DNA of 64,000 nucleotides, from positions 124,001 to 188,000 of IMG/VR virus record IMGVR_UViG_3300033997_000243. One strand, written 5' to 3'. The position numbers were made by a program, and so were the translations under genes. Under the pieces are notes generated by a model. It was not told the DNA's origin, did not search any database, and saw only the letters and a program-made list of their open reading frames with translations. Positions 39,069-48,041 of this stretch are shown here, piece by piece (within the stretch, counting starts at the first letter, position 1; every line of letters starts with the position of its first letter).

Positions 39069-39894
39069 TTTCGTTTCCACGATAGTTTTCTGGATCGTTA
39101 AACAATTGACTTGGCGAAAACAGACCTAAAGAAATCAAATGTTTGTATGTTTTGTACTGTGTGTTCAGAATGTCGAAAAGCTCTACAGGACAATCCATCT
39201 TTTGCATTGCATCACCATCCTCCAGCATCTTTAAAAAGTGTGCAATTGGTTTTGGTCGTCTTTTCTCAAAATCAAGAGACATTCTTTCATAGGTCTGACT
39301 GAACCATGAACTTCTTTTTTTGAGCAGATCTGCATCTATATAGCCGACCTTTTTACAAAAGCTGGCGGAAACCGTTGTAAGATCTTCACGAAAGTACGGA
39401 TGATTTTCATTAGCAAATTCAATTGCATACATTGACATTATGTTGTCAGTGTCCATTACATCAGTACACGAATAAATCGGAAGTTCATTGTGCTGCATTA
39501 GATATTGCCAATACATAACAAAGGTATCTGTTTCCCGATACATTGTATCTGCCTTGTTGATGATCTCGCAGAAAGTTCGTCCAATAGAATCTAGGTTAAC
39601 TGATTCTGGCTGCAACTTGAAAGCACTTGCATCAAATTTAAAATGCGTACCCATTACTCTGTCCAACAGACTAGGGCAATCTTCACGATAAAGATCAGTC
39701 ATGTCAGCAGAAAAATACATAGTAGTTGGTTGCGTTGGTTGCGTTGGTTGCGTAGCTTGCGTAGCTTGCGTTGGTTGCGTAGCTTGCTTGCCAATAGACT
39801 TTTCGACAGGCAACCAGACAATTGGCAAAGTCATTCTGTTACTCAAGCCAATTAACTGAATTCCAGATCCTGCGGCTGTAGCTAAATTTTTCAT
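39061..39894 (-). CDS. hypothetical protein with Q(A/P)T repeat
   Basis: GAGGA RBS; C-terminal LISLGLFSPSQLF. Confidence 0.85.
   Translation of the reverse strand: MKNLATAAGSGIQLIGLSNRMTLPIVWLPVEKSIGKQATQPTQATQATQPTQPTQPTTMYFSADMTDLYREDCPSLLDRVMGTHFKFDASAFKLQPESVNLDSIGRTFCEIINKADTMYRETDTFVMYWQYLMQHNELPIYSCTDVMDTDNIMSMYAIEFANENHPYFREDLTTVSASFCKKVGYIDADLLKKRSSWFSQTYERMSLDFEKRRPKPIAHFLKMLEDGDAMQKMDCPVELFDILNTQYKTYKHLISLGLFSPSQLFNDPENYRGNENG
39725..39787. repeat. 9-bp in-frame tandem repeat, 7 units
   Basis: gttggttgc x4 and gtagcttgc x3 interleaved; encodes QATQPTQATQATQPTQPTQPT. Confidence 0.95.
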
Positions 39895-40076
39895 AACGCT
39901 TCCTCAAAATTTTGTTGGTACTCAGATTTTGTCAAATATTGCTGACCTACTAAACAATTGCCTTCGGAATCTAACGTGTGATACAAAAATCCGTTAGCAA
40001 AAAGCTCAGTAACCTTTCCAACCTGATTTGCACAAATTTGAAAAGTATGGCCAAGTTTTAAAATTGCATTACTCAT
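39891..40076 (-). CDS. hypothetical protein
   Basis: Tiles. Confidence 0.7.
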   Translation of the reverse strand: MSNAILKLGHTFQICANQVGKVTELFANGFLYHTLDSEGNCLVGQQYLTKSEYQQNFEEAL

Positions 40077-40088
40077 TGATTATCTCGC

Positions 40089-40184
40089 TTATGGTGATAT
40101 AGTTCCCAACCAAAAACCAAAGCACAGACCAACAACGCAGACCACGGAAAATATTACTCTTTCCTTCCCACTCATTTTAATCAT
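40089..40184 (-). CDS. 31-aa single-TM peptide (not in ORF track)
   Basis: MIKMSGKERVIFSVVCVVGLCFGFWLGTISP; AAGGGA RBS; fills the gap. Confidence 0.6.
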   Translation of the reverse strand: MIKMSGKERVIFSVVCVVGLCFGFWLGTISP

Positions 40185-40195
40185 ATCTTTCCCTT

Positions 40196-40206
40196 TGATT
40201 TACAGT
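40196..40206 (-). promoter_or_regulatory. ACTGTAAATCA intergenic motif, copy 3
   Basis: Exact 11-mer immediately after the stop. Confidence 0.55.
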
Positions 40207-40812
40207 TTAGGTCTTTACTACATTTTCGTCATGTGCTGGAATTGAAGTCCAAATGCCAGTAATAACTTTTGAAGCACGATCAGTATAAATCACTGAAAGC
40301 CGATCTGTCTTTTTGCTGCACTTACGTTCCAGCATTTTAAACGGATTCAGCTTGGTGACATCATTTAGTTCGTGTAGATTTACCAAAACTTCTATACGTG
40401 CATCAAACTTTGTACACAGCTTTAAATCTACGTGCAGCGCAACAACCGGAAATTCGTGAGCGTCAAAGGATCTTGTTTTGGCTGTTACAGAATAACTGAC
40501 CTCTTTAATAACACGATCAATCCATTGAACCGCAATCCCACTTTCTACAACAGGCAAATGTACTGTAAGACTAAACTTAACTTTAGCACTCAAACTTTGC
40601 ATGTACTTAAGAATACGGTTTTGTTTTTCCAGTAGATCAACAGTGTTCTCGTACACACGTTTTTGGTACTGCATAAAATCAGAATCGAGTTTATGCCACT
40701 CAGCAGTCCCACAACCACATGAAGCAAAAGGCGCTGCAATTTCATGTTGGATAAGTTGATTGCAGGTTGTACATACACCAACACGCTTTAAAACACTTTG
40801 TATATCTTCCAT
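40207..40812 (-). CDS. hypothetical protein with N-terminal Zn ribbon
   Basis: CTTC...CGC. Confidence 0.8.
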   Translation of the reverse strand: MEDIQSVLKRVGVCTTCNQLIQHEIAAPFASCGCGTAEWHKLDSDFMQYQKRVYENTVDLLEKQNRILKYMQSLSAKVKFSLTVHLPVVESGIAVQWIDRVIKEVSYSVTAKTRSFDAHEFPVVALHVDLKLCTKFDARIEVLVNLHELNDVTKLNPFKMLERKCSKKTDRLSVIYTDRASKVITGIWTSIPAHDENVVKT

Positions 40813-40813
40813 T

Positions 40814-41032
40814 TTAATTCGCCTTATTTCTGTTGTCTTTTATTTCAAAACGGTTTCTACCTGACTCAATATCCTCCAACACTTCTTTAAGTGCCTTTAC
40901 TTCTTCAAGATCTTTGAGTGGGAAATAAATACCGTCCTTACCAATAACAAACTTTCCGTTTGCTTTCTTCCAACCAATTTCTGCCATAAGATTACCAATC
41001 AGTAATAGGTCTTTTAGGATTTTCTTTGACAA
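40814..41032 (-). CDS. hypothetical protein
   Basis: Tiles; may start at MAEIG (40987). Confidence 0.65.
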   Translation of the reverse strand: MSKKILKDLLLIGNLMAEIGWKKANGKFVIGKDGIYFPLKDLEEVKALKEVLEDIESGRNRFEIKDNRNKAN

Positions 41033-42074
41033 TAGGAGTTAGCTTGAACTTTACTTCATTCGTATTTCTGCGTAAGTTAACTTCAATTTCAAAATAGGCT
41101 AAATATATCAAATCTCCCAAATGGAAATATACTTGCGCTCTTTCTATATGAGAAAATGACTGATCTTCGTGTGCAACTTTTTCATAAGCAACTGAAGGCA
41201 GACTAAATACAAACCTTTTATAGCCCATCGGATGCACGTTAATAGGTAAAGCAATTTCTCGCTTTTCCAGATAATCCAGATAACAAAACCAAAAGCGTAC
41301 AAGGTCATAGTCACTAAAATAAATGTTATCGAACATTGCTTTTACGTGAGCGGTTGCTGTAGTAAAGTCTAAATGATCATAATCACGCGCTTTAGCACAC
41401 AGATCATTTACCTTACTACGGAAACAATTGGTAAAATATGACTGGCCTGTCAGCCAATGAAGCTTAGGGCTTCCCTCCACTTCTATCAAAGATTTTATAT
41501 CGACCACCGAATTGATAGTGCCTGTACTTACAAGCATTTGAGCTAGTAAGCTTTCCACCGTTTTCTGCAAAAATGTATCTGACTTGGCATCCATATGTTC
41601 GATAGCTTTTGAAGCCTCAGTCAGATTTATATCAACTGAATGCAATTTACGTTTTTGCTGGCGAGTTAAATTTTTACTAATAGAGTTTTTGTCAGTGTCC
41701 TCCATATAATAAATATCGCCAAACACACAAAGTTTCTTCAAGCAAAACCAAAACACTTCATCTACAATAGCGCCGTCCTCGAAAACAAATGAGATAGGTC
41801 TTTGGCTTTGCATGTGTATTGGAATAAAGAGCTTTTCACGATCAAGAAAAACAGTGGAAGTCTCTACATTAGATGAAGGCATCGAAACACTGAATGTAAT
41901 AGTGTCTCCATCCTCAGCTATTCCCATTTCCGCCCAAACATAAGTTGAGTTATCTGCCTGAGTTACTTTCGTAGTTAAATAAGATGCGTATCTGACACGC
42001 AATTCATCAACAATGCGATTTAAAATATGAAGCCACTCTTCTTCCAGAGCAAACAGCCGAATTATCTTTGACAT
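40992..42074 (-). CDS. hypothetical protein
   Basis: 360 aa; GGAG RBS. Confidence 0.9.
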   Translation of the reverse strand: MSKIIRLFALEEEWLHILNRIVDELRVRYASYLTTKVTQADNSTYVWAEMGIAEDGDTITFSVSMPSSNVETSTVFLDREKLFIPIHMQSQRPISFVFEDGAIVDEVFWFCLKKLCVFGDIYYMEDTDKNSISKNLTRQQKRKLHSVDINLTEASKAIEHMDAKSDTFLQKTVESLLAQMLVSTGTINSVVDIKSLIEVEGSPKLHWLTGQSYFTNCFRSKVNDLCAKARDYDHLDFTTATAHVKAMFDNIYFSDYDLVRFWFCYLDYLEKREIALPINVHPMGYKRFVFSLPSVAYEKVAHEDQSFSHIERAQVYFHLGDLIYLAYFEIEVNLRRNTNEVKFKLTPIVKENPKRPITDW

Positions 42075-42077
42075 AGA

Positions 42078-42542
42078 TTACTCCAATACTTTTATGAAAT
42101 CATTTATTCCGTCATGAATATATTTGACTTCAAAGCCTTTACGTAATAAAAATGTTTTCATTCTTTCGGAATTTTCTGCCTCAACAATCAAAGCTTCATA
42201 GCCAGCTTGTTTGACCATAACTTCAAGTTCGGCCAAAAAGTTTGTGAATATGCCTTGGCCGCGCATTTCCTCATACACATTAATGTGAGTTAAAGAAACG
42301 GCTTTTAGTCCACGACCTTTATACGCATTTTTACTGGTGCGTAAATACAGTGAAAAATTTTCTTCATGGAACCAGCTTTCCGCAGGAAGAACTGAATCCA
42401 GATTTGAAGTCAAAAACTTTTTAATAGCTTCCATAGGAGCCTCACTTGTTTTTGGTTCGGAAATTATCTCCACTTCACGCGAAGTACCATCTTCAAGGAT
42501 TAGTTTAGTTCCTTCGTGTCCAGCATATAGTTTAGCTTTCAT
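42078..42542 (-). CDS. GNAT family N-acetyltransferase
   Basis: LTHINVYEEMRGQGIFTNFL (motif A) ... RMKTFLLRKGF (motif B). Confidence 0.8.
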   Translation of the reverse strand: MKAKLYAGHEGTKLILEDGTSREVEIISEPKTSEAPMEAIKKFLTSNLDSVLPAESWFHEENFSLYLRTSKNAYKGRGLKAVSLTHINVYEEMRGQGIFTNFLAELEVMVKQAGYEALIVEAENSERMKTFLLRKGFEVKYIHDGINDFIKVLE

Positions 42543-43194
42543 CTTTAACCTTGACATCAGGAAAATCGTCGGAGAAACTTTGGTAAATTTTATCGCCAAC
42601 AATATTCAGTGTTGTTGTATGTGCAAAGAATCCACCACCTTCATTTTGTGAAGTAAGCAAAAAAGCATGAGCAGAGAAACTTTTATGCGCTGTGTAGTCT
42701 ATGCAAGTTTTAACCATGCGGCCAGTTGCATCACAATAAATTTCGGCAAAATGTTTTATCAGATCGCAAATACGAAGTCTATGCGCTCCAACTTCAACCA
42801 TCTGATGAACAAAAGTTTCGATTGTACTTACATGAATTTCACGAACAATCGCGGTACATAAAACTTCTTTTTCTTCACCGACCGTAATCTGCATTGCCCA
42901 AAAATTGGCAAGTTTTTCCATTTCTTTTTGTGTCGGTTCACTCAACAACAAAGCACTGATTCTTAATGCGCTTCTTTTATTGAATTCGAGATCCTGAATG
43001 TAGGGCAAATGAATTTTTTCAAAGAAAGCAGCCAAGTCAACGCGAGCTTCCTGAACTATTTTCATTTCATCAGTTAATAAACCGCCAGTTGCATCTATAT
43101 CACGATAGCCAGCAATTGGAGTATTGACCTGCTTAAGCTGTTGAATAAAATGTGCGATTAGTCGCAGTTGAACTTCTTGTTTGGTTTCTAACAT
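42532..43194 (-). CDS. hypothetical protein
   Basis: AAGGAG RBS. Confidence 0.85.
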   Translation of the reverse strand: MLETKQEVQLRLIAHFIQQLKQVNTPIAGYRDIDATGGLLTDEMKIVQEARVDLAAFFEKIHLPYIQDLEFNKRSALRISALLLSEPTQKEMEKLANFWAMQITVGEEKEVLCTAIVREIHVSTIETFVHQMVEVGAHRLRICDLIKHFAEIYCDATGRMVKTCIDYTAHKSFSAHAFLLTSQNEGGGFFAHTTTLNIVGDKIYQSFSDDFPDVKVKDES

Positions 43195-43209
43195 AACAAA
43201 CTCCTTAAA

Positions 43210-44547
43210 TTAATGTTTCTTTTCGTTGTCGTGTGCGGCTTTGTGATCTTCTGGACTCAAGGCTACGATACTACCAAAAGAAGTATCAGTCAGTGCAAGA
43301 CCAGATGAATCGAACTCAAAATCTGAATAATGGAAAACATTTTCATTATCCAGATGAATTAATTTGGCACCCGAAAAAGTTGCATTACGCTCAAGAATAT
43401 ACTGTTTGAAATGTTCGTTAATCTCTACAGGCACAGATTCAAGTTCGTAACGAGCTTTCTTTAGAGCAGCTGATTCGTCATAAAATATTTCTGAGTGCTC
43501 TAAAATCAGTTTCGCCGCACGAAATATAAAATACATTTGAGAAGTTGACTGATCCGTATTAGCTAAAACGTGATTCAATTTAGCCTGAATGTGTGGGAAG
43601 GCAGAATCATGTACCAAAACATCAAGCACATAATTCTCGTTAAACGCACAGGTAAACTTAACAACGGTAAAACGATTAAGGCGCTCCAGATCTTCCGCAA
43701 ACTTTTTGTCCTGTTCTTCCGAGCGTTTTGGTTCGCCAGACATCATTTGATTAAATTTAACTTCAGCTAATTCATCTTGAGAACGAAACAAACGGCTTTT
43801 ATCTTGACCGACTCGCGTAGCCCAATCACTAGCTTCTATCAAGGCATCAACAGTAACTCCGCCTTCTGGATTTACTTCAGCTTTGTAGGACAGGCCATCC
43901 AACTTTACATTCACGTTATCGTGATAAACTGAAATAGAATCTTCACGAGTTACAATACGTAAAGCAAAATCTACTTCATCTGTACTTATTGGAAATTTGT
44001 TTGCATTCCAGTGCCGAATAAAACTTGTCTCAGTTTCAGAATCTAAATATTCAAGTTCGGTCAGGTGCTTGATTACAGACTGTTGATCACACGAATACAC
44101 ATAGTAAGAAAGTTGTAGTAATTTTTCAGATAAACTGTCACGAGTTAACTTGCTTTCCAGTAAAGAGGCCAGTTTATTCGCATCAATAACGAATAAAACT
44201 TTATCAACCTTGTGATCAAAGTCCAGACGAATAAGTTGAACTTTACACAAACGAGTAGATAATGACAATTCATACAAAGTGTTTTCCGGTATGTATTCTA
44301 TTTCACCGTAAACATCTGATCCGTTAGGAAGCATACTATCAATGCGTAACGCAGATTCGACTTGAGGCCGCCAATCGCTAACCTGACTTTCATCGAAGTT
44401 TGTCATGGAAATAACGCGAGTCGCTATCCCATGCGCCAATAAAAGAGCAGAGTATAATTCAGCGTTACGTTGGTACGATTCTTCTAATTCGGCTTTTAGT
44501 GCTTGGTTAAAATCTGTTTTGAGTGCGTCAATTATTTTTGTCATCAT
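43210..44547 (-). CDS. hypothetical protein
   Basis: 445 aa; AGGAG RBS. Confidence 0.9.
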   Translation of the reverse strand: MMTKIIDALKTDFNQALKAELEESYQRNAELYSALLLAHGIATRVISMTNFDESQVSDWRPQVESALRIDSMLPNGSDVYGEIEYIPENTLYELSLSTRLCKVQLIRLDFDHKVDKVLFVIDANKLASLLESKLTRDSLSEKLLQLSYYVYSCDQQSVIKHLTELEYLDSETETSFIRHWNANKFPISTDEVDFALRIVTREDSISVYHDNVNVKLDGLSYKAEVNPEGGVTVDALIEASDWATRVGQDKSRLFRSQDELAEVKFNQMMSGEPKRSEEQDKKFAEDLERLNRFTVVKFTCAFNENYVLDVLVHDSAFPHIQAKLNHVLANTDQSTSQMYFIFRAAKLILEHSEIFYDESAALKKARYELESVPVEINEHFKQYILERNATFSGAKLIHLDNENVFHYSDFEFDSSGLALTDTSFGSIVALSPEDHKAAHDNEKKH

Positions 44548-44553
44548 GTTCTC

Positions 44554-44976
44554 CTAAACTGTTTTTAAATCTGGTTGCGGCTCTACAACAACACTGTGTT
44601 CAAACAAAGCAATCTCACCTGTGTTTCCATCAATCAAGTTGCGTAGATATTCCATAGGAAATCGAATTTCACTATCGTTTGTTGTAATGACAATCATACC
44701 AGCTTGAGTAACTCGAACCTCAGTTGTTTTAGAGTCAACAGAAAAGATTGTAGGCCAATCGGTTTTTAATTCATTCGGAAGTTCGATCCTTGCGAAAATT
44801 TCGTAAGCAGGGCCGTGACCAGTAAAATGATCAAGTTTGACCTGCATACGCTTTCTGCCAACTAGCCTACTTTCGTGAGTGAATATACTTAGTTTGAATG
44901 GTCGTTTCTGCGCGTAGTAATTTGCAAATAACCATTCAAGCCGAGCAATCAACGACAAGCGGATAAGGCTGGCCAT
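44554..44976 (-). CDS. hypothetical protein
   Basis: Tiles. Confidence 0.8.
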   Translation of the reverse strand: MASLIRLSLIARLEWLFANYYAQKRPFKLSIFTHESRLVGRKRMQVKLDHFTGHGPAYEIFARIELPNELKTDWPTIFSVDSKTTEVRVTQAGMIVITTNDSEIRFPMEYLRNLIDGNTGEIALFEHSVVVEPQPDLKTV

Positions 44977-45597
44977 TTATGATTGCTCAACAACATCAGA
45001 AGATTCAACAATTTCCCAAACCAAACATTTGATAGAGGAAGTAGAAGTTTTTCTTTCCTCAATATGACTAACAACATTCTTGCCCGTCACTTGTTTGAAT
45101 TCGGTAACAACACGATCAATAATAGCCTGAAGTCTTGGCCACTCAGGACTTTCCTGCGCTTTCGTTTTACCACTGGCCAGTACAAGAACTCCAGAAATTT
45201 CGGATAAAAATTTTGGCAGATACATATAGCTGAATGTTAGACCACGCGCCAAAGTTTCAACATGAAAGGCATCGGCATCGTGTTTTGGATCTTCAATCAA
45301 CTTTTTGTCCCAGTCGTCAAGAACCCACTCTAATCCAGATTCATAAGGCGAGTATTCCATGTAAGTTTTATCGCAGGTAAATTTATTACCAAATTCATCT
45401 AATGCGATATACGCTGGATGCAAACCATCGGGACTTATTACTTCGGTCACAGTGATTTGACGGAAAAGAATTTGTTCGATGTCGTAGTAATCAGGTTTCG
45501 GACGGTTAAAGAAAATATCCAGTTCTTTTTGTTTCGTTTGAAGATTGGTAAGAACAAAACCAATGATCCAAATTTGTTGACCTACAGTGTATTTCAT
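44977..45597 (-). CDS. hypothetical protein
   Basis: GAGG RBS. Confidence 0.85.
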   Translation of the reverse strand: MKYTVGQQIWIIGFVLTNLQTKQKELDIFFNRPKPDYYDIEQILFRQITVTEVISPDGLHPAYIALDEFGNKFTCDKTYMEYSPYESGLEWVLDDWDKKLIEDPKHDADAFHVETLARGLTFSYMYLPKFLSEISGVLVLASGKTKAQESPEWPRLQAIIDRVVTEFKQVTGKNVVSHIEERKTSTSSIKCLVWEIVESSDVVEQS

Positions 45598-45995
45598 TCT
45601 ATGTACCTCGGTAGTTTGAACACAGACCAGAAATTTGAGGCTGGTACTGTAAAAGTTAAAATGCGCTCATGCGTAGAATCAGTTAATTCGCCAGCAAAGT
45701 AGTTTGCAAGTTCCGCCAACACAACATCAGTTTTAAAACGAAAACTACAAAGCAACATGCCACGATATTCATCACTAACACAACAAATAGATATGGCCCA
45801 ATACCTGTTATTGTGTTGCATTGCATTGCGACAAACTCTTTCAAGATCGTCTGGATTTTCAACAACAGTAAAGGGGAACCAGAATTCTGGACGTAAGCCG
45901 TCAGAAAACATTTTCATTATTTTGGGCCATGATCCATAGTTAAAACATACTTCTTTTGCTTTAACGGCCTTAGAAAAGAGTGTTTCGCAGTCCAT
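45594..45995 (-). CDS. hypothetical protein
   Basis: GAGGA RBS. Confidence 0.8.
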   Translation of the reverse strand: MDCETLFSKAVKAKEVCFNYGSWPKIMKMFSDGLRPEFWFPFTVVENPDDLERVCRNAMQHNNRYWAISICCVSDEYRGMLLCSFRFKTDVVLAELANYFAGELTDSTHERILTFTVPASNFWSVFKLPRYIE

Positions 45996-46007
45996 TCTGT
46001 TTTCCTC

Positions 46008-47087
46008 TCAAGAATTCTTCCTAGATTTTGCTTCCCAGTACAAGCGAACAGAATCTAATGTTGTCAAATGGCTTATGCTGGTTACGTTTGGCGACACAGT
46101 ATAAACGATTTTGGTAAGACCGTGAATACCTTGCTTTCTGTTTTGTGCATCTGATTGAGTAACCTGTTCAATTATGTCTTGACACAATCTTTCGGCCAGT
46201 TTTGTATTATCTACATTCAAAAGAATGGTACGAGTTTCATAATCAAGATGCGCTGAATCGCCCTCTACATACAAAACATTTTCATATTCAAATGTCCATC
46301 CGTACAAAGCCAGTTCCGCACGAAAAGTTTCCATGCGAGATTTTCTTAAAGTTTGCAAAATACTGTTGTCAGGTTTCTTACTCAATTCTGGCCGCTTAGA
46401 TCTTAATGCCACAGCTTCGGGATTTGTAAACAATCTCTCAGCCGGAATCTTTTTCATCAACTTTAAATAAGTCTCTAAGAGTTCTCTTTCTTCACCATAA
46501 GATTCCATTTTAAATTCAATTTTCTTGATCTCAGATTTTAAAAGAGATTCAAAAGACATCAGTGAAGGTGGCTTAAGTTTTTTGAACTCCCTTTGCACAC
46601 TTTTCGACAAACGAATAGATCCTACAGGAACAATGCTTGATATGTTGTGTTCACTTTCCGGCTTCTTAGATGAATTCGTCAATCGCATTGCATAAACATT
46701 GATAATATCTTTGTTTACATGAGACTTGCATGGAGACTGCATTCCTAAAACTTCGCACAATGTTTCTTGCAGCAAATCTACTTCATCAGTTGGTGAAACA
46801 TCTTTACTCAATGCTTCCCAATAAGACTTAGATTCTGCTTCACTTAATCTTAAAATAAATGGCGTTAAAAAGTCCACACCATCTTCTTCATTGACAATTT
46901 GCACTGCCTCGCAGTAAGTTCTAAGTTTTCCGGTTTTGATCTTTGCTTCTTCAGCATTGACCGCAACATAAATTTCTTTCTTATCTGATCCAGCTAAGAC
47001 TTTTACCCAAAGAACTTGCTGTTCTAAAGGGCTTCGCATTCCAACCAAAACAATTTCTTCGTCCTTGGTACAGTTTATACCGCGCAT
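46008..47087 (-). CDS. hypothetical protein (C-terminal domain shared with 62729..63166)
   Basis: LALYGWTFEY...AHLDYETRTILLN. Confidence 0.9.
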   Translation of the reverse strand: MRGINCTKDEEIVLVGMRSPLEQQVLWVKVLAGSDKKEIYVAVNAEEAKIKTGKLRTYCEAVQIVNEEDGVDFLTPFILRLSEAESKSYWEALSKDVSPTDEVDLLQETLCEVLGMQSPCKSHVNKDIINVYAMRLTNSSKKPESEHNISSIVPVGSIRLSKSVQREFKKLKPPSLMSFESLLKSEIKKIEFKMESYGEERELLETYLKLMKKIPAERLFTNPEAVALRSKRPELSKKPDNSILQTLRKSRMETFRAELALYGWTFEYENVLYVEGDSAHLDYETRTILLNVDNTKLAERLCQDIIEQVTQSDAQNRKQGIHGLTKIVYTVSPNVTSISHLTTLDSVRLYWEAKSRKNS

Positions 47088-47096
47088 AAGTTACCT

Positions 47097-47582
47097 CTAA
47101 AGCTTATCCAGAATTGAATCGTATGGATATTGTTTTTTAAGTTCGACTGTATTCCACGGAACACAGCGCAAAGAACATTCTGGAATAGGTGGATCACTTT
47201 CATGAAACATCAGATCACCTATGACCCGTAATCTTTGATTGTGGTGCTTTTGCCAATAACGAACTTCGCCAGTTGTTTTGTATTCTTCAATCGCACGTAT
47301 AGCCAAATCTACATTGGATAGACAATAACGATCTTCATAATCACCGCTGGTCAAGTGATCTACATAAAGAGCTGCATGTGCAATCAATTTACGAATGGTA
47401 AAAAGTCTGCCACTTACTACAGCAGCAAAACAAATATCAGGACTCAACACCAAAAGTTTTCGCAGTTCTTCTACTAATTCCTCGTAATTGTTGAACGCGA
47501 ATAAAGGCTGACTAAAAGCAATGGCTTCTGGATTCGGTGCAATTAACTGTAAACTTTTTGAAGCATCATATAAGACTATCAT
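47097..47582 (-). CDS. hypothetical protein
   Basis: GAGG RBS. Confidence 0.8.
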   Translation of the reverse strand: MIVLYDASKSLQLIAPNPEAIAFSQPLFAFNNYEELVEELRKLLVLSPDICFAAVVSGRLFTIRKLIAHAALYVDHLTSGDYEDRYCLSNVDLAIRAIEEYKTTGEVRYWQKHHNQRLRVIGDLMFHESDPPIPECSLRCVPWNTVELKKQYPYDSILDKL

Positions 47583-48040
47583 TCTACAACCCTCAAATGC
47601 GGTTTTGGTTTTGCCACTTCTTCAACTACTGGCTGATTTTCACCAATGAAAAGATTCATATCAACTTCAAAAGAAGCGCAAAGGCCAAGTGTAAGATCTT
47701 CTATTTGAAGAATGCAACCGATTGGTACTTTGAAATAACAAGGTGCTTTGTTTACTGATACGTAACCAATAACAAACTGATCGTCAATTATTAATTCTGG
47801 ACACGCATTTCGATGAATAAACACATGAAGAATTCCTTCACGATCTACAGTTGGATTAGCCATTAAACTTGGCGATATATCCAAATTCTTAGCAACCAGT
47901 ATGTCAGGTGCTGCTTGAGGATCTTCACCTGCGACAGCGGCTTTAATAAGAAAAGTCATTCGCACACGGCTTTTACCTGTACGAACAGAATCACAAATTT
48001 GCATTACGCGAGAAACTTTTGAGGATTGAAAAACATTCAT
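47579..48040 (-). CDS. sspB: SspB-like ClpXP protease adaptor
   Basis: EGILHVFIHRNACPELIIDDQFVIGYVSVNKAPCYFKVPIGCILQI...GLCASFE aligns with the SspB core; ends KPHLRVVE (ClpX-binding XB motif; E. coli RPALRVVK). Confidence 0.75.
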   Translation of the reverse strand: MNVFQSSKVSRVMQICDSVRTGKSRVRMTFLIKAAVAGEDPQAAPDILVAKNLDISPSLMANPTVDREGILHVFIHRNACPELIIDDQFVIGYVSVNKAPCYFKVPIGCILQIEDLTLGLCASFEVDMNLFIGENQPVVEEVAKPKPHLRVVE

Positions 48041-48041
48041 A

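Noticed and set aside
39725-39787. CRISPR array
   Set aside because: 9-bp contiguous units with no spacers, lying in frame within a CDS
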